From: a virus
Direction: 5' to 3' (one strand)
Virus record (IMG/VR): IMGVR_UViG_3300048592_000962
Coordinates: 64,001-128,000 of that record
Length of the DNA stretch: 64,000 nucleotides
In this document: positions 25,476 to 35,627 of the stretch, in pieces
How the letters are laid out: every line of letters starts with the position of its first letter
Numbering within the stretch: position 1 is the first letter of the stretch
Program-made: the position numbers and the translations under genes
Notes under the pieces: model-generated
What the model saw: only the letters and a program-made list of their open reading frames with translations
Databases searched by the model: none
What the model was told of the DNA's origin: nothing

Positions 25476-27481
25476 AGCTTGAATCCCATCTGCTGGCCGA
25501 TCGGCGTCTTGTCGACCGGAGCTGGTTGCACGTACCCGGTCACGGGGACGTCTGCCTCCGTGATGAACATGGACGGCTCGCATGGCCGATCTTCTTCGCG
25601 CTTCAGCGGGTAGCTCATCCAAAGCTCGTCGCGGGCACGGGTCGCGGCGACGTAGAACACGCGACGCTCCTCGATCAGATCTGCGCGCGACGACGGGAAC
25701 AGTCCCTGCACCAGCTGAGGCAGGTAGACGACGCCCCACTCGGCCCCCTTGGCTTTGTGCACCGTCGAGACCGTCACCGCGTTGACCTTCCTCCCACGGT
25801 GCATCTTGTCGATCTTATCCAGCATCGACACCAGCTCCTGTGTCGTCTGAAACGAATCAGCGAGACCCATGAAGGTCTCCACCGTCTTCTTCGGAGACTG
25901 ATCCTCGCTCTCCTCGGCCTCCGTCTTCTTCGTGTCGAGCAGCTCCGTGCTCTCGACGATCGACCGAACAACGACCGATGCCGACTTCTTCGCTCCGATG
26001 CGGTCCCTCACCGTCTGAATGAACCGCACCCACGAACCCAGGCACATGTGCTGCCAATCCGTCAGCTGCGCATTCGACAAGGCGCGAGTCCCTGCGGCCA
26101 GGTGATCGTCGTCCGGCTGCACGCACGCGAGAACCTTCTCGGTGAGCGCCTTTCCTCCACGGAAGGTCGGGACGCTGAAGTTTGCGGCGAGGTCCTTGTC
26201 GCTGGACGTGCCGAGCGCAGCGCGCAGCATGCCAGCGATCATCCGAGCTTCCTTCGTCTCGAAGAACGACGAGCCGCTGACGAGTCGATACGGAATGTTT
26301 GCCCGAGCCAGAGCCATCTCGACCGAGCAGGTCATGAAGTTCATGCGTACGAGGACGGCCTGGTCTCGGAACTGAGCTGAGTTGGAGTCGTAGCGAGCCT
26401 GGATCGTCTCTGCGATTGCGTCCGCCTCCTCCACGGAGGTCATGAACGCGTGCGCGTGCACCACGCCGTGGACCTTGCGCTCGCAGGTCATCTCCATCGG
26501 GAGATCGTCCTCGTCGCACAACACCGAGTTGGCCGGCATGTTGCCGATGATGTTGTTGGCCACCTGGATGACCTCCAGGCAGGACCGGTAGTTGCGGTGC
26601 ATGAACACCGTCTTCGCGCCAGCCCAGATCTTGTCGAACTCCAGGATGTGTCGCGGATTCGAGCCGCGGAAGCCGTAGATCGACTGCGCAGGATCGCCGA
26701 CGACGACATAGCACCGGTGCTGGTCCGCAAGAGCCTCCGCGATGAAGGCCTGCGTCATGTTCTCGTCCTGCGCCTCGTCTTGGAGGATGTGCTTCCACCT
26801 GGCCGACCACCGCTCGCGCACGGAAGAGTTCTCGCGCAGCAGCATCGCGCTCTCGTAAAGCATGTCGTCGAAGCCGACGAAGGTCTGCAAGCCACCCATG
26901 TGAAAGATGCCTTCGTCGCGACGAATCTTCTCAGTCAGCAAGAAGACGGAAATCAAGTCGTCCGCCGAGATGCTCTCCGCATCCGGCTCCGCCGACGTCC
27001 GCAGAGCGATCTCCCTGACCTTCGGATGCTCCAGCCCGAGTCGCGACATCGCATCGTCCACGGGGACCATCTCCGACTTCACTCTGGAGGAGAACCGAGC
27101 CAGAGCCTTCTTGCGCGGCTCCAGGCCCAGGCGTCGAAACGCCTCCTGGCTCGCCTTCGTCCAGAGGAGTCCGGTGGTGTCGATGTTGCCCTGGCCGATC
27201 TCACGCTTGTAGATCTCCAGCGCCAGCGAGTGAAACGTCCTCACCGACCCGTCGACCTGGTGCGACGGCAGTCGCTTCGAGATCCTCTTGCTCATCTCGT
27301 CGCGAGCGATGCGCGAGAACGAGATCAGAAGAATCCGATCCGGACTGATGCCTCGCTTCTCCACGAGGTGCGCCACACGCTCCACGAGCGCCGTCGTCTT
27401 CCCTGCGCCGGCAACAGCACCGACGCGCAGCGGGCCGTCGCCGTGGTTGACGACTTCTTCTTGCTCCGGGTTCAAGCTCAC
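25472..27481 (-). CDS. UvrD/PcrA/Rep-family SF1 DNA helicase
   Basis: LNPEQ, AVAGAGKTT, TFHS, DEAQD, VGDPAQSIYGFRG, NYRS, TVHKAKGAEW, EERRVFYVAATRA. Confidence 0.95.
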   Translation of the reverse strand: MSLNPEQEEVVNHGDGPLRVGAVAGAGKTTALVERVAHLVEKRGISPDRILLISFSRIARDEMSKRISKRLPSHQVDGSVRTFHSLALEIYKREIGQGNIDTTGLLWTKASQEAFRRLGLEPRKKALARFSSRVKSEMVPVDDAMSRLGLEHPKVREIALRTSAEPDAESISADDLISVFLLTEKIRRDEGIFHMGGLQTFVGFDDMLYESAMLLRENSSVRERWSARWKHILQDEAQDENMTQAFIAEALADQHRCYVVVGDPAQSIYGFRGSNPRHILEFDKIWAGAKTVFMHRNYRSCLEVIQVANNIIGNMPANSVLCDEDDLPMEMTCERKVHGVVHAHAFMTSVEEADAIAETIQARYDSNSAQFRDQAVLVRMNFMTCSVEMALARANIPYRLVSGSSFFETKEARMIAGMLRAALGTSSDKDLAANFSVPTFRGGKALTEKVLACVQPDDDHLAAGTRALSNAQLTDWQHMCLGSWVRFIQTVRDRIGAKKSASVVVRSIVESTELLDTKKTEAEESEDQSPKKTVETFMGLADSFQTTQELVSMLDKIDKMHRGRKVNAVTVSTVHKAKGAEWGVVYLPQLVQGLFPSSRADLIEERRVFYVAATRARDELWMSYPLKREEDRPCEPSMFITEADVPVTGYVQPAPVDKTPIGQQMGFKL

Positions 27482-27717
27482 AGAGTCTCCTCGTACTTCA
27501 TCGCCTCAAGGCCGCGTACGGCTTCATCCACGCACTCAGTGCACACCTGGAAACGTGACCGGTCGCCCAACATGTACGCGTGATCGATGTCCGTGAGCAC
27601 GAACTCGAACACATCCAACGGGCGCCCACATAGCGCGTGCTTCTGCGGCTCACGTGGCGACCGAATGCACTTGACGTGCCCTGGTCGCTCCGGAGCCTCG
27701 GGCTGCCTCACGTTCAT
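27478..27717 (-). CDS. Small zinc-binding protein
   Basis: H..C..HALCG..CTEC. Confidence 0.65.
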   Translation of the reverse strand: MNVRQPEAPERPGHVKCIRSPREPQKHALCGRPLDVFEFVLTDIDHAYMLGDRSRFQVCTECVDEAVRGLEAMKYEETL

Positions 27718-29615
27718 GCCTCTTTCGCCCTGCTCTTCGCCTTCGCGAGCTGCTTCTTCATCTCGGCCATCTCCTCTTTCAGCTCGGTCAGCTCGCGCTC
27801 GACGTCGTCGTCCTCGAACCGCGCACGGATCTGCTCTCGGCCCCCTTCCGCGTCTTCGGCCATGGCCCCCGCCGCCGCACCCAGCTTGGCGAGCTTCATG
27901 AGGTGCTTCCGCATCTTGTTCATGCGCGGGCCGACCAGCTCTTTCGTGGACGCCGCCATCTGAAGCTTGCAGACGGTTGCGATCGCGTCCGAGTGCGGCA
28001 GAAGATTCGTGTGCTCGGCGCCCGTCTGAAGAAGCACCGCCATGAGGAACTTCGCCAACTCTTTGCCGTCCGGGCTCTGGAGAGCGACCTGCACCATGGG
28101 GGAGTCCGCGAACATCTCCTTCGCGAGATCGACGAAGATCTCACCGGCCTCGTTGGCCGCCGCCAACTTCAGACCCAAGCCAACCGCGTCCGTGATGTCC
28201 CTGCCCTGCTTCTTCAACGTCTCACTCATCTTGTTCTCCCTGTGAAAATGGGAAGTTGCGATCATCGCCGGTACGGCATCGCGGACATCCTCGTGTGACT
28301 GGAATCGCCCGGTAATCATGTTCAGACGACGAATGGTAGCGTCGACTTCAATCGTCTGCTGCGCCAACGCATTCATTGCGTTCAGCTCATCGCTGACGTC
28401 TTTGACGTGAGCCTCCACAGTCGGGATGTCCATGAAGCCGTAAGCATCAATGTCGTGGTACCTTGACGAGCGGTGCAGCAACATGATGGCGGCCTGCTCA
28501 CGTGCGATGCGTGCCAACTCGCGCAGCACGTAGCAAGCCTTTCGCGCCGCCTCCTCCGTGTTGGCAGACATGAACCCATCGAGCATGGCCGCTAGGTCCT
28601 GGTAGTCCTGCGATCTGTCGCCGAGGTGTTCTGAGCGAAAGGAGAGCGTGTCTTCCAGCAGATGATCGAGCCGTTGGTGGATTGCTCGGCGCAGATCTCT
28701 GGCTTCGCCCTGTTGCGCATGAGGCTTTACCTGATGCTCTGCGGCATGCGCTGCCATATCCGCAAGATCGGCGTACATCTTCGAATCACTGTCGCCCATC
28801 GCTGACCTTTCCTGCCTGCGCTTCTGGATCCGCTTAGCGACATCCTTGGCGACATTCTTGGCGAGTTCCATCTGTCTATCAGACGGAGGTAGCTGCGGGA
28901 TCGTCCACGTGCTCGGGGCCGCAGGCTCGTTATACCTGATGTGCAGCTCGCCCACCGATACGTGGTGGTGCCCGTGCGCTTCTGCCAGCGTGACCAGGTG
29001 CTTGAGCAAGCGGAGAACCGCGCTCTGCTCGTCCTCGTCAGCTTGGGGGAACATGCTCGACGCGAGCGGACCTCCGAGCCACTTGAGTGCTGCGTCGATG
29101 GTCGCTATGACGTCCTTGGCGCTTACGGGCTCCTCTTTGCAAATCAGCCAAAGCGCGTCGCACGCCTCGTGATACAACGAGGTCATCCCAAGAGACTGAT
29201 TCTCGCCGCGTCGAATGGCTAAAACAGACGCCAGTAGGCGCACCACGCTACCCAACTGAGCCGCGGATAGATAAACAGGCGGGGCCTTCTCCTCGCGAAT
29301 CTTGGCGATCTTGCCGTCGTACCAGTCATTGAACGTCCCGTGGTTGGCTGGCTCCACGCCGTTGCGGAAACACTGGTCGCACAGCATCGCGCGAGACACG
29401 CCGGCAACCATCCATCCAGACGGAATGTACTTGTGCGGGTATTGCGAAATCTGCTTGTTGGACTTTGCAATAGCGCCGCACCCCGTGCAGACACTATCGG
29501 CGCCATTTTCAGACGTGGGGGCGTATGGAGCCTCGAAGACGTAGCCTGGTTTCACGGCATGCCTCGGTCGTCGAGATCGATGGCCATCAGCAGGCACAGT
29601 GAGGCCATGGAGCAT
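27714..29615 (-). CDS. Composite hypothetical ORF with internal in-frame starts (28799, 28229)
   Basis: 633-aa frame; internal ATGs preceded by AGGAAAGG and AGGGAG; codon bias changes along the ORF. Confidence 0.6.
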   Translation of the reverse strand: MLHGLTVPADGHRSRRPRHAVKPGYVFEAPYAPTSENGADSVCTGCGAIAKSNKQISQYPHKYIPSGWMVAGVSRAMLCDQCFRNGVEPANHGTFNDWYDGKIAKIREEKAPPVYLSAAQLGSVVRLLASVLAIRRGENQSLGMTSLYHEACDALWLICKEEPVSAKDVIATIDAALKWLGGPLASSMFPQADEDEQSAVLRLLKHLVTLAEAHGHHHVSVGELHIRYNEPAAPSTWTIPQLPPSDRQMELAKNVAKDVAKRIQKRRQERSAMGDSDSKMYADLADMAAHAAEHQVKPHAQQGEARDLRRAIHQRLDHLLEDTLSFRSEHLGDRSQDYQDLAAMLDGFMSANTEEAARKACYVLRELARIAREQAAIMLLHRSSRYHDIDAYGFMDIPTVEAHVKDVSDELNAMNALAQQTIEVDATIRRLNMITGRFQSHEDVRDAVPAMIATSHFHRENKMSETLKKQGRDITDAVGLGLKLAAANEAGEIFVDLAKEMFADSPMVQVALQSPDGKELAKFLMAVLLQTGAEHTNLLPHSDAIATVCKLQMAASTKELVGPRMNKMRKHLMKLAKLGAAAGAMAEDAEGGREQIRARFEDDDVERELTELKEEMAEMKKQLAKAKSRAKEA

Positions 29616-29731
29616 ACTGCGCTCTCAAGCCATGAGCCGCGGAACGCTGCGGCCACGGACCAGCCCAACGAGCCTCCGAGAGCGAACAACTTGGCTCGAC
29701 GCCACATGGACGGCACGCTGACACGATAGTT

Positions 29732-29761
29732 CTTGTCTGACAAGTACATTCGACGTACCCT
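29732..29761. promoter_or_regulatory. Divergent control region with 13-bp palindrome
   Basis: CTTGTCTGACAAG 29732-29744; + strand TTGTCT-N17-TACCCT, 6 nt before ATG 29768. Confidence 0.75.
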
Positions 29762-29767
29762 CGGCGC

Positions 29768-30124
29768 ATGTCCGAAGAGCTGGAGTTTCAGTTGGGCGCA
29801 GACGTACAACAGCAGATGGCAGCGGTGGCCGAGGCGGTGAAGCTGTGGGCAGCAAGCGACTACCGTCGTGTGGAGGTCGTCGAGTCGTTTTCTGTGACGC
29901 AGACCGGGGGCCTGGTGGTTCGAAAGCCGGGGGAGGTGGTTCGGCTCACGTACGCGCTCTTCAGCTGCACGACGGGTGCGCAAGTTGGTACGATCCGCTT
30001 CGTGATCCGCGCACACCTCGACATGCAGGCCGTGTGGTGGGAAGCCAACGGCAGCGGCAACGACGTGCTGAAGGCCGCGAACGTGCCGGTGCGGAAGACA
30101 AACGAATCGGGAGCGGTGACGTGA
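29768..30124 (+). CDS. Hypothetical protein
   Basis: First gene after the promoter. Confidence 0.7.
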   Translation: MSEELEFQLGADVQQQMAAVAEAVKLWAASDYRRVEVVESFSVTQTGGLVVRKPGEVVRLTYALFSCTTGAQVGTIRFVIRAHLDMQAVWWEANGSGNDVLKAANVPVRKTNESGAVT

Positions 30125-30309
30125 GCACGATGAAGTCCGCCGACCTGCTGCACCTCCACCGGGGCGGCAACGAGACCACCTTGTGCGGCATCCCCTTGCA
30201 ACGAGCGTCGTCATCGCTTCGGCTGCTGTACTGGGAAACCAGTCAGCGGGAGGGTGTCTGCGCTACGTGCGCTCGGATCGGACACGACATGCGTCAGGTG
30301 CCGCTGTGA
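30121..30309 (+). CDS. Small zinc-binding protein
   Basis: H..TLCG..CATC; GTGA overlaps. Confidence 0.55.
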   Translation: MSTMKSADLLHLHRGGNETTLCGIPLQRASSSLRLLYWETSQREGVCATCARIGHDMRQVPL

Positions 30310-30674
30310 AGAAGGTTGGTCTGCTGTTCCATCGAAGCGGGCGTCCTCCTGTCGTTTCGCACGCGGACGTCGCCCGGACACCCTCTGCGAGGGCCCACGG
30401 GCTACGCAGCCGATCTGGACTCTCCCCCTACGAGTCGATGCTCTTCGTCTGGAATGGCTTGACCGATGATCCGTTCACGATGGTCGGCATCCCCTTCCCA
30501 CTCGACTTCGTGTTTCTGGACCGAGGCTCGCGAATCGTCGACATCCGGCATCGCGTGCCCCCTGGCACACCTCGCGTGTTCGCGAGAAGGCTGTTTCAGT
30601 ACGCGATCGAGCTGCCTGCGGGGTTCTGCGACACGCACGGCATTTCTGTTGGCGATTGGGTCTCCACCACGTAG
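30306..30674 (+). CDS. DUF192 family protein
   Basis: VARTP..RA.GL..R..L..MLFV..F.M....FPLD.VFLD..YAIELPAG....GI.VGD. Confidence 0.85.
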   Translation: MKKVGLLFHRSGRPPVVSHADVARTPSARAHGLRSRSGLSPYESMLFVWNGLTDDPFTMVGIPFPLDFVFLDRGSRIVDIRHRVPPGTPRVFARRLFQYAIELPAGFCDTHGISVGDWVSTT

Positions 30675-30725
30675 GGCGCGTGGCTGGAGTTGCGGCGGCG
30701 CACGGTGTAGCCTAACGGCAACGCC

Positions 30726-31100
30726 ATGTCGCATCCGCGCTCCCTCGGGCAGATAGCCTTCAAGCCCAGCACCGCAGCGGCGCTCGCGAGAGCCTCGTCG
30801 GCGCTGAAACCTTCGTTGCTGACCGCGCTTGCGCCTGCATACGAGACAGGGGCATCCGAGCGCACGGCCGAAGAGCAGGCGCAGCTCCAGTCTCGCTTCA
30901 ACGAGGCGGGCGCAACGATCGATGCGGCGCTTCGACAAGCGGCAGAGCAGGAGGCGGCAGAACAGGCTCGTGCACAGGCCGAGGCTGCGACGCCGTTCTA
31001 TTTGAAGAAGTACGGTCCGCTACCGCTGTGGGCTTGGGCAACGGGCGGCGTTGCGGCCATCGGGGTCGGCGCGTTCCTGCTGCGACGGAGGAGATCGTGA
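30726..31100 (+). CDS. C-terminally anchored membrane protein (xLGQ group)
   Basis: MSHPRSLGQ; YGPLPLWAW-TM-RRRRS. Confidence 0.75.
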   Translation: MSHPRSLGQIAFKPSTAAALARASSALKPSLLTALAPAYETGASERTAEEQAQLQSRFNEAGATIDAALRQAAEQEAAEQARAQAEAATPFYLKKYGPLPLWAWATGGVAAIGVGAFLLRRRRS

Positions 31101-32848
31101 GCTACTCGCTTGGCCAGGTTACACCGGTGACGGTGACGAGCGGGGTGGGGGCGCAGATCGCAGCTGCGGCTGCTCAGGTGACGCAGCAGGTCTCGAAGAA
31201 CCGCATCATCGTGCCCGCCGACTGCGCGTCGATCCGAAGCAGCGGCGACACCCTCACCTCATTCGACGCCGCCAAGGAACTCCGCGCGGGCGAGTGGTTC
31301 ATCTGGGCCATCCCGCTGTCTCAGACACTCACGCCAGCACAGGCCTCCGCGCTCACAGGCGCCTTCGAGGGCGCGTTCTTCCCATTCGCGGCACAGTACC
31401 CCGTCAACGTCACCACTCCGTGCGAGCGGGCTATTCGCGATGCGCACGCCAAGAAGTGCAACCGCGAGTCCAAGGCGACATACATCCCTCACAAACAAGA
31501 CAACGCCAAGGTCACCGTCGAAGTCCAGAAGCACAACGAGGAGTCCGCTGGCCCTGCCAAGTATTGGGTCAGCCTTCTGCATCAGTTCACTGGGCCAGGT
31601 CACGACGGAAAGAAATTCTTCGGGTCCACCTATCCTGGTTTCATTGGATACCGAAACGTCGACGGCTCTCCGATGTTCGTCGTCGCGTTCCAGATGAATC
31701 CAGATCCGAAGGTCGACCTGTACGACCAGTCCGGCGCCGTCGCGAGCGGCAACGTGGCACGAGGATCGAAGCCGGTTGTGCGCGCGCTCGTTGCGCAGAA
31801 CCTGTTTACGAACGCACTCAAGCGTGCGGCGGTTCTGTCGAACCTTCCCGGACTGCTGTTCGGAGATCGACCCATCTCGGCGCTGATGAAGCTGAACAGG
31901 GTCACTGTTGAGCTTCGGTTCAAGGGGTCGCTAAAGCAGGCCGTCCGCGCGGGGTCGATGCCGCCGAATCCGATGTCCGCGCCAGATCGGGTGCTCACGG
32001 AAGTGCGAGATCTGCCGACGGACTACCGACTCAACGCAGAGACGGTTCAAATCTTCGACTCTGCCATCGACCAGGCTGCTGCTTTTGTGAACCACGGAAT
32101 CTCGCTCTTCGCGAGTTTGATTGGCGCACTTTTCGCGCAGATCAACGTTCTGTCGAAGACGAACTCCTACGTCAAGGTCGCGTACGCGCAGGCGCAAACC
32201 GTCAACGGTCGACTCGGCGCGGGCAGTGCGGCGGTCGATTCGGCCGCGCAGGTCGATGCGCAAATGCGGGCAGCTGCAAAGGCTCAACTGGAGAACACGA
32301 ACCACTATCTCGCGCTCAGAACCGTGCAGGACCTCCGGCGCCAGCTCGCACGTCTGATCCAAGAGGTGTCCGGCGCGGATGCGTACCTGACACAGACCGT
32401 CGCTGGACTTCAGCAGCTTGCGGTGGCTGCTCGTGACTCGGACGTCTTGATCCGAAAGGGTCTCGACGAGGCCATCGCGCGAGCGCGGACCCATTCGAAG
32501 ATGCACGCGAGCGTGCGTCGGTCCATGGAGTGCGCCGCAATCCGCAAGGCCCGGCGTGAGCAGGAAACGTATCCGGAGCGCCTCGCGGTGATGGCAGAGA
32601 CGCTGGCCGCAGGAGCTGTCGCGTGGGCGGCGAAACGGCCGCAAGCCGACGCGGCGCTGGCCACGTACCGGGCACTGGATGCGTATCTGCAAGAGGTGGA
32701 GAGGCAGATCCCTCTGGCTTGGTGGGCAAAGCCGCTGGGGCCACTTCCGGTCTGGGGGTGGGGCGCAGTCGGCGTTGCCACCTTCTTCGGTGGCGCTGTG
32801 ATGGTGCGAAGGTCTCGAAAGCGGAAGCAACTTTCCGCGAAGACGTGA
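31097..32848 (+). CDS. Large C-terminally anchored membrane protein (MSY/xLGQ group), possible spike or entry protein
   Basis: MSYSLGQ; long helical C-terminal half; LGPLPVWGW-TM-RRSRKRK. Confidence 0.75.
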   Translation: MSYSLGQVTPVTVTSGVGAQIAAAAAQVTQQVSKNRIIVPADCASIRSSGDTLTSFDAAKELRAGEWFIWAIPLSQTLTPAQASALTGAFEGAFFPFAAQYPVNVTTPCERAIRDAHAKKCNRESKATYIPHKQDNAKVTVEVQKHNEESAGPAKYWVSLLHQFTGPGHDGKKFFGSTYPGFIGYRNVDGSPMFVVAFQMNPDPKVDLYDQSGAVASGNVARGSKPVVRALVAQNLFTNALKRAAVLSNLPGLLFGDRPISALMKLNRVTVELRFKGSLKQAVRAGSMPPNPMSAPDRVLTEVRDLPTDYRLNAETVQIFDSAIDQAAAFVNHGISLFASLIGALFAQINVLSKTNSYVKVAYAQAQTVNGRLGAGSAAVDSAAQVDAQMRAAAKAQLENTNHYLALRTVQDLRRQLARLIQEVSGADAYLTQTVAGLQQLAVAARDSDVLIRKGLDEAIARARTHSKMHASVRRSMECAAIRKARREQETYPERLAVMAETLAAGAVAWAAKRPQADAALATYRALDAYLQEVERQIPLAWWAKPLGPLPVWGWGAVGVATFFGGAVMVRRSRKRKQLSAKT

Positions 32849-32858
32849 GGAGAAACCC

Positions 32859-33389
32859 GTGTCGTACGCTCTCTACGGACTTGGCGCGGCTGTCGCGCCG
32901 ACACCTCGCGTTGCGCCTGGCATGCAGCGCGGCTCGTTCACCATCCGCGTGATGCATCCATCGCGGACGCCCGTGCAGCGACGACCGATCGTGGTCGAGC
33001 TGAAGAGAAACGGCGTGGTCGTCGAGAAGAAGCCCTTGCCGGCAACGGGTGGGCGAGTCGTGCTGAGCATGCCGCGCGAGCCGGGGACGTACGAGTACGC
33101 GGTGATCGAGACGACGACTCGCAAGGTTCTGACGACTGGCGCCGTCAACTTCTACGCGTCGCACCTCACGCAACACAAAGAGAAGGACGTGTTCCTCCCG
33201 ACGAACATCGCCTATACGCGCACTGACAGAAAACGTCGTCGAAAGGCGCGCAGAGAAGCGCGTCGCGACCGGCGCGACCGCAGACGAGGTGTCGGCGGGC
33301 TCGGTGATGCAAACGGACTGACGTGGCAGACTGCCGCCCTCGGAGCTGCAATCGGGTTCGGCGTCTGGTGGGCGATCAAACAGAACTGA
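32859..33389 (+). CDS. Membrane protein with beta domain and Arg-rich linker (MSY/GLG group)
   Basis: MSYALYGLGA; GGLGD; C-terminal TM. Confidence 0.75.
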   Translation: MSYALYGLGAAVAPTPRVAPGMQRGSFTIRVMHPSRTPVQRRPIVVELKRNGVVVEKKPLPATGGRVVLSMPREPGTYEYAVIETTTRKVLTTGAVNFYASHLTQHKEKDVFLPTNIAYTRTDRKRRRKARREARRDRRDRRRGVGGLGDANGLTWQTAALGAAIGFGVWWAIKQN

Positions 33390-33398
33390 GGTGACACC

Positions 33399-33779
33399 GT
33401 GAAGTCGATCGAGTTCAAGAGAGGTCGCGTTGCGATCCGAGGCCACCACAACGACAGCACCTACGTCGAGGTGAAGTGGGACGGGGACAAGTACAAGCTA
33501 CTGATTGACGCTGGATCTGGCGACAGAATCCACGTCGCTCGTGACGGAGACATTGTCTTCGTGATGAGCTACAGCGTCGGCATGGACCACATCAGCGTGA
33601 TGGAGTTCAACATGCGAAAGATCATGCTCGTCAAGGAGGCCGAAGAGGCCGTGTACGCAGGAGACGACGTGGTCTGGCTGCAATCAGCGTCCGAGGAACT
33701 CATGGACCACTTGCGCAAGCCGTGGCACGAGTACACCGATCAGAACCTACTGCGATCGCTGCTCAACCTCTACGGCTGA
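33399..33779 (+). CDS. Hypothetical protein
   Basis: GAGGTG RBS. Confidence 0.7.
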   Translation: MKSIEFKRGRVAIRGHHNDSTYVEVKWDGDKYKLLIDAGSGDRIHVARDGDIVFVMSYSVGMDHISVMEFNMRKIMLVKEAEEAVYAGDDVVWLQSASEELMDHLRKPWHEYTDQNLLRSLLNLYG

Positions 33780-34120
33780 TGGACCAAGCGCTGCACAGCG
33801 AATTCGATCGCGTCATCAACATGACGGCGCGGCAAATTCGTGCGTGGCACAGGGACCCCTTGAGCAAGACCGCGTCCTTGGCTCACATACGAGCCGAGCT
33901 GCCGCTTCTGGCGCGCATGAAGGAGACGCCCGCGTCTCGCTGGACCCCTGCGATGTGGGACAAGGCGCTGCGGGCGATCAACTTCGTGAAACGACACGAA
34001 GCGCAGATGAAGGTGCAGGGGCAGAGGTACGGCACGGGTCGCTACCACTACACGCCGAAGCGTGTCGTCGCTCTGCTCAACTGGGGTCGCATTCCTCCTG
34101 GTGTGAAGCTGGATTTCTGA
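33779..34120 (+). CDS. DUF3140-like protein
   Basis: EF..VINMT..W..S..RH.AQ..L.NWG..P pattern. Confidence 0.6.
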   Translation: MDQALHSEFDRVINMTARQIRAWHRDPLSKTASLAHIRAELPLLARMKETPASRWTPAMWDKALRAINFVKRHEAQMKVQGQRYGTGRYHYTPKRVVALLNWGRIPPGVKLDF

Positions 34121-34127
34121 GGACCGT

Positions 34128-34346
34128 ATGAGCTACTCCGGACCCGTTCAGAGTACCGACAGCATCTGCTTTCCTCGTGATGCGCTTCTTCGGATCCAGC
34201 CGCGAGCAGCCGGGCCCATGCGGACACTGATCACAACCTCCGGCCCCGCGCACGAGGTCCCCGTGCCCCTGGACCGTGGGCTCCTCGTCATCGATCCTCG
34301 ATTCGATCGCTTGCCCGTCGGACCCGGCTGGGAGCCTAGGTTCTGA
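34128..34346 (+). CDS. Small Pro-rich MSY-start protein
   Basis: GAGGA RBS; MSYSGP. Confidence 0.6.
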   Translation: MSYSGPVQSTDSICFPRDALLRIQPRAAGPMRTLITTSGPAHEVPVPLDRGLLVIDPRFDRLPVGPGWEPRF

Positions 34347-34347
34347 C

Positions 34348-35262
34348 GTGACCGACACGTACGACATCGCGAAGGAGTTCAACGGCGCCTGGTCGTCGCT
34401 GCCTCAAGGGGCAGCCATCCACGTGCTCCGGTCGCGCTACGACCGAATCCTTCGCCACGTCGAGCCGAAGATGCTGCCTCCGCTGGAGCGCCTCGAATCC
34501 GCGCTGCTCGGCACGGGCGGCATGGGCACGGTCTTCGGACTCACGCGCGCGTCGGAGCTGAGCGGATGGGTGCTCAAGCTGACGGTCGACCCTGGGGAGG
34601 CGGCCGTAGCTGCGCTCATCTGCCAGGCGCCCGAGAGAGAGATTCCAGGGCTCGTCCCCGTGCATCAGGTCCTCGACCTGGACATCGACGTGATCGACAG
34701 CGCGATGGACCCTGAGGACCCTCCTAGGTCCCGCGTGTTCGCCATCTGGCGAAGGCTCGTCGTTCCCGTCTACGACTTCACCGACAAGGTGATGGAGGAC
34801 GACTTGATGACGTACGAGCCCCTCGCCAGCGCCGCGATGGAGTACGCCGAGTACGTCAACATGAAAGCGGAGTCCGCGTGCGACGCCTTCGCTCGTACAG
34901 CGCCGACCGTCACAGAAAAGTACGTGCAAAATCCGTCGTGGATAGCACACGTTGACCGCCTACTGCGCGACGAGGCTGACGATGACGACGACTTCGGGAA
35001 GGCCGGCAACTCGCTCGCGGTGCACCTGGCGACCTACATCAGAGCGTTGCTGCAAGCGGATTCGTACGGCGTTCCTACGCTTGGAGAGCAGCTGCTGTCA
35101 TTTCTGGAGCGCTACGACATCGTGCTCTGTGACATTGCGGCGAGAAATGTTGGGCTGATGTTTCGCACAGAGAGATCGAAGCCCCAGCTTGCGATCTACG
35201 ACTTCGGCGTGCCTCGGTTCCTTACGAAAGCGCACGACCAGGTAGTCATCACTCGGGTTTGA
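34348..35262 (+). CDS. Atypical protein-kinase-like protein
   Basis: LGTGGMGTVF, VLKLT.D..E, CDIAARNVG, IYDFG. Confidence 0.85.
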   Translation: MTDTYDIAKEFNGAWSSLPQGAAIHVLRSRYDRILRHVEPKMLPPLERLESALLGTGGMGTVFGLTRASELSGWVLKLTVDPGEAAVAALICQAPEREIPGLVPVHQVLDLDIDVIDSAMDPEDPPRSRVFAIWRRLVVPVYDFTDKVMEDDLMTYEPLASAAMEYAEYVNMKAESACDAFARTAPTVTEKYVQNPSWIAHVDRLLRDEADDDDDFGKAGNSLAVHLATYIRALLQADSYGVPTLGEQLLSFLERYDIVLCDIAARNVGLMFRTERSKPQLAIYDFGVPRFLTKAHDQVVITRV

Positions 35263-35627
35263 CGTCGCGACGCATTGCGTCGACCTTCAGCCACGCTGCC
35301 CAAAGGTGGCTCAGCATCTTGCTGACGTTTGGACCCGATCCGCTGGCAAACAGCATCTTCGAGGAGAAGTCCATCACTTCTTCCTCGCGATGCATCACCT
35401 TGATGATGATCTGTGGGATCGGGCTCACCGTCGCCGCAAACAAAACTGCGGGCCCCAAATGCTCTGCCGCGCCCGTCGGACTTACTCCGATGATCGTCGC
35501 ATCCGCTCCGTTGCACTGCTTGCACGAGCAGATCACTCGCACCAGGTCGCGCGCCTCTGGAAAATCCTCCCGAACACTGCGCTCCACCTCGTCTATCGAG
35601 AAGGTGTACATCTTTCCTCCCTGCGCT

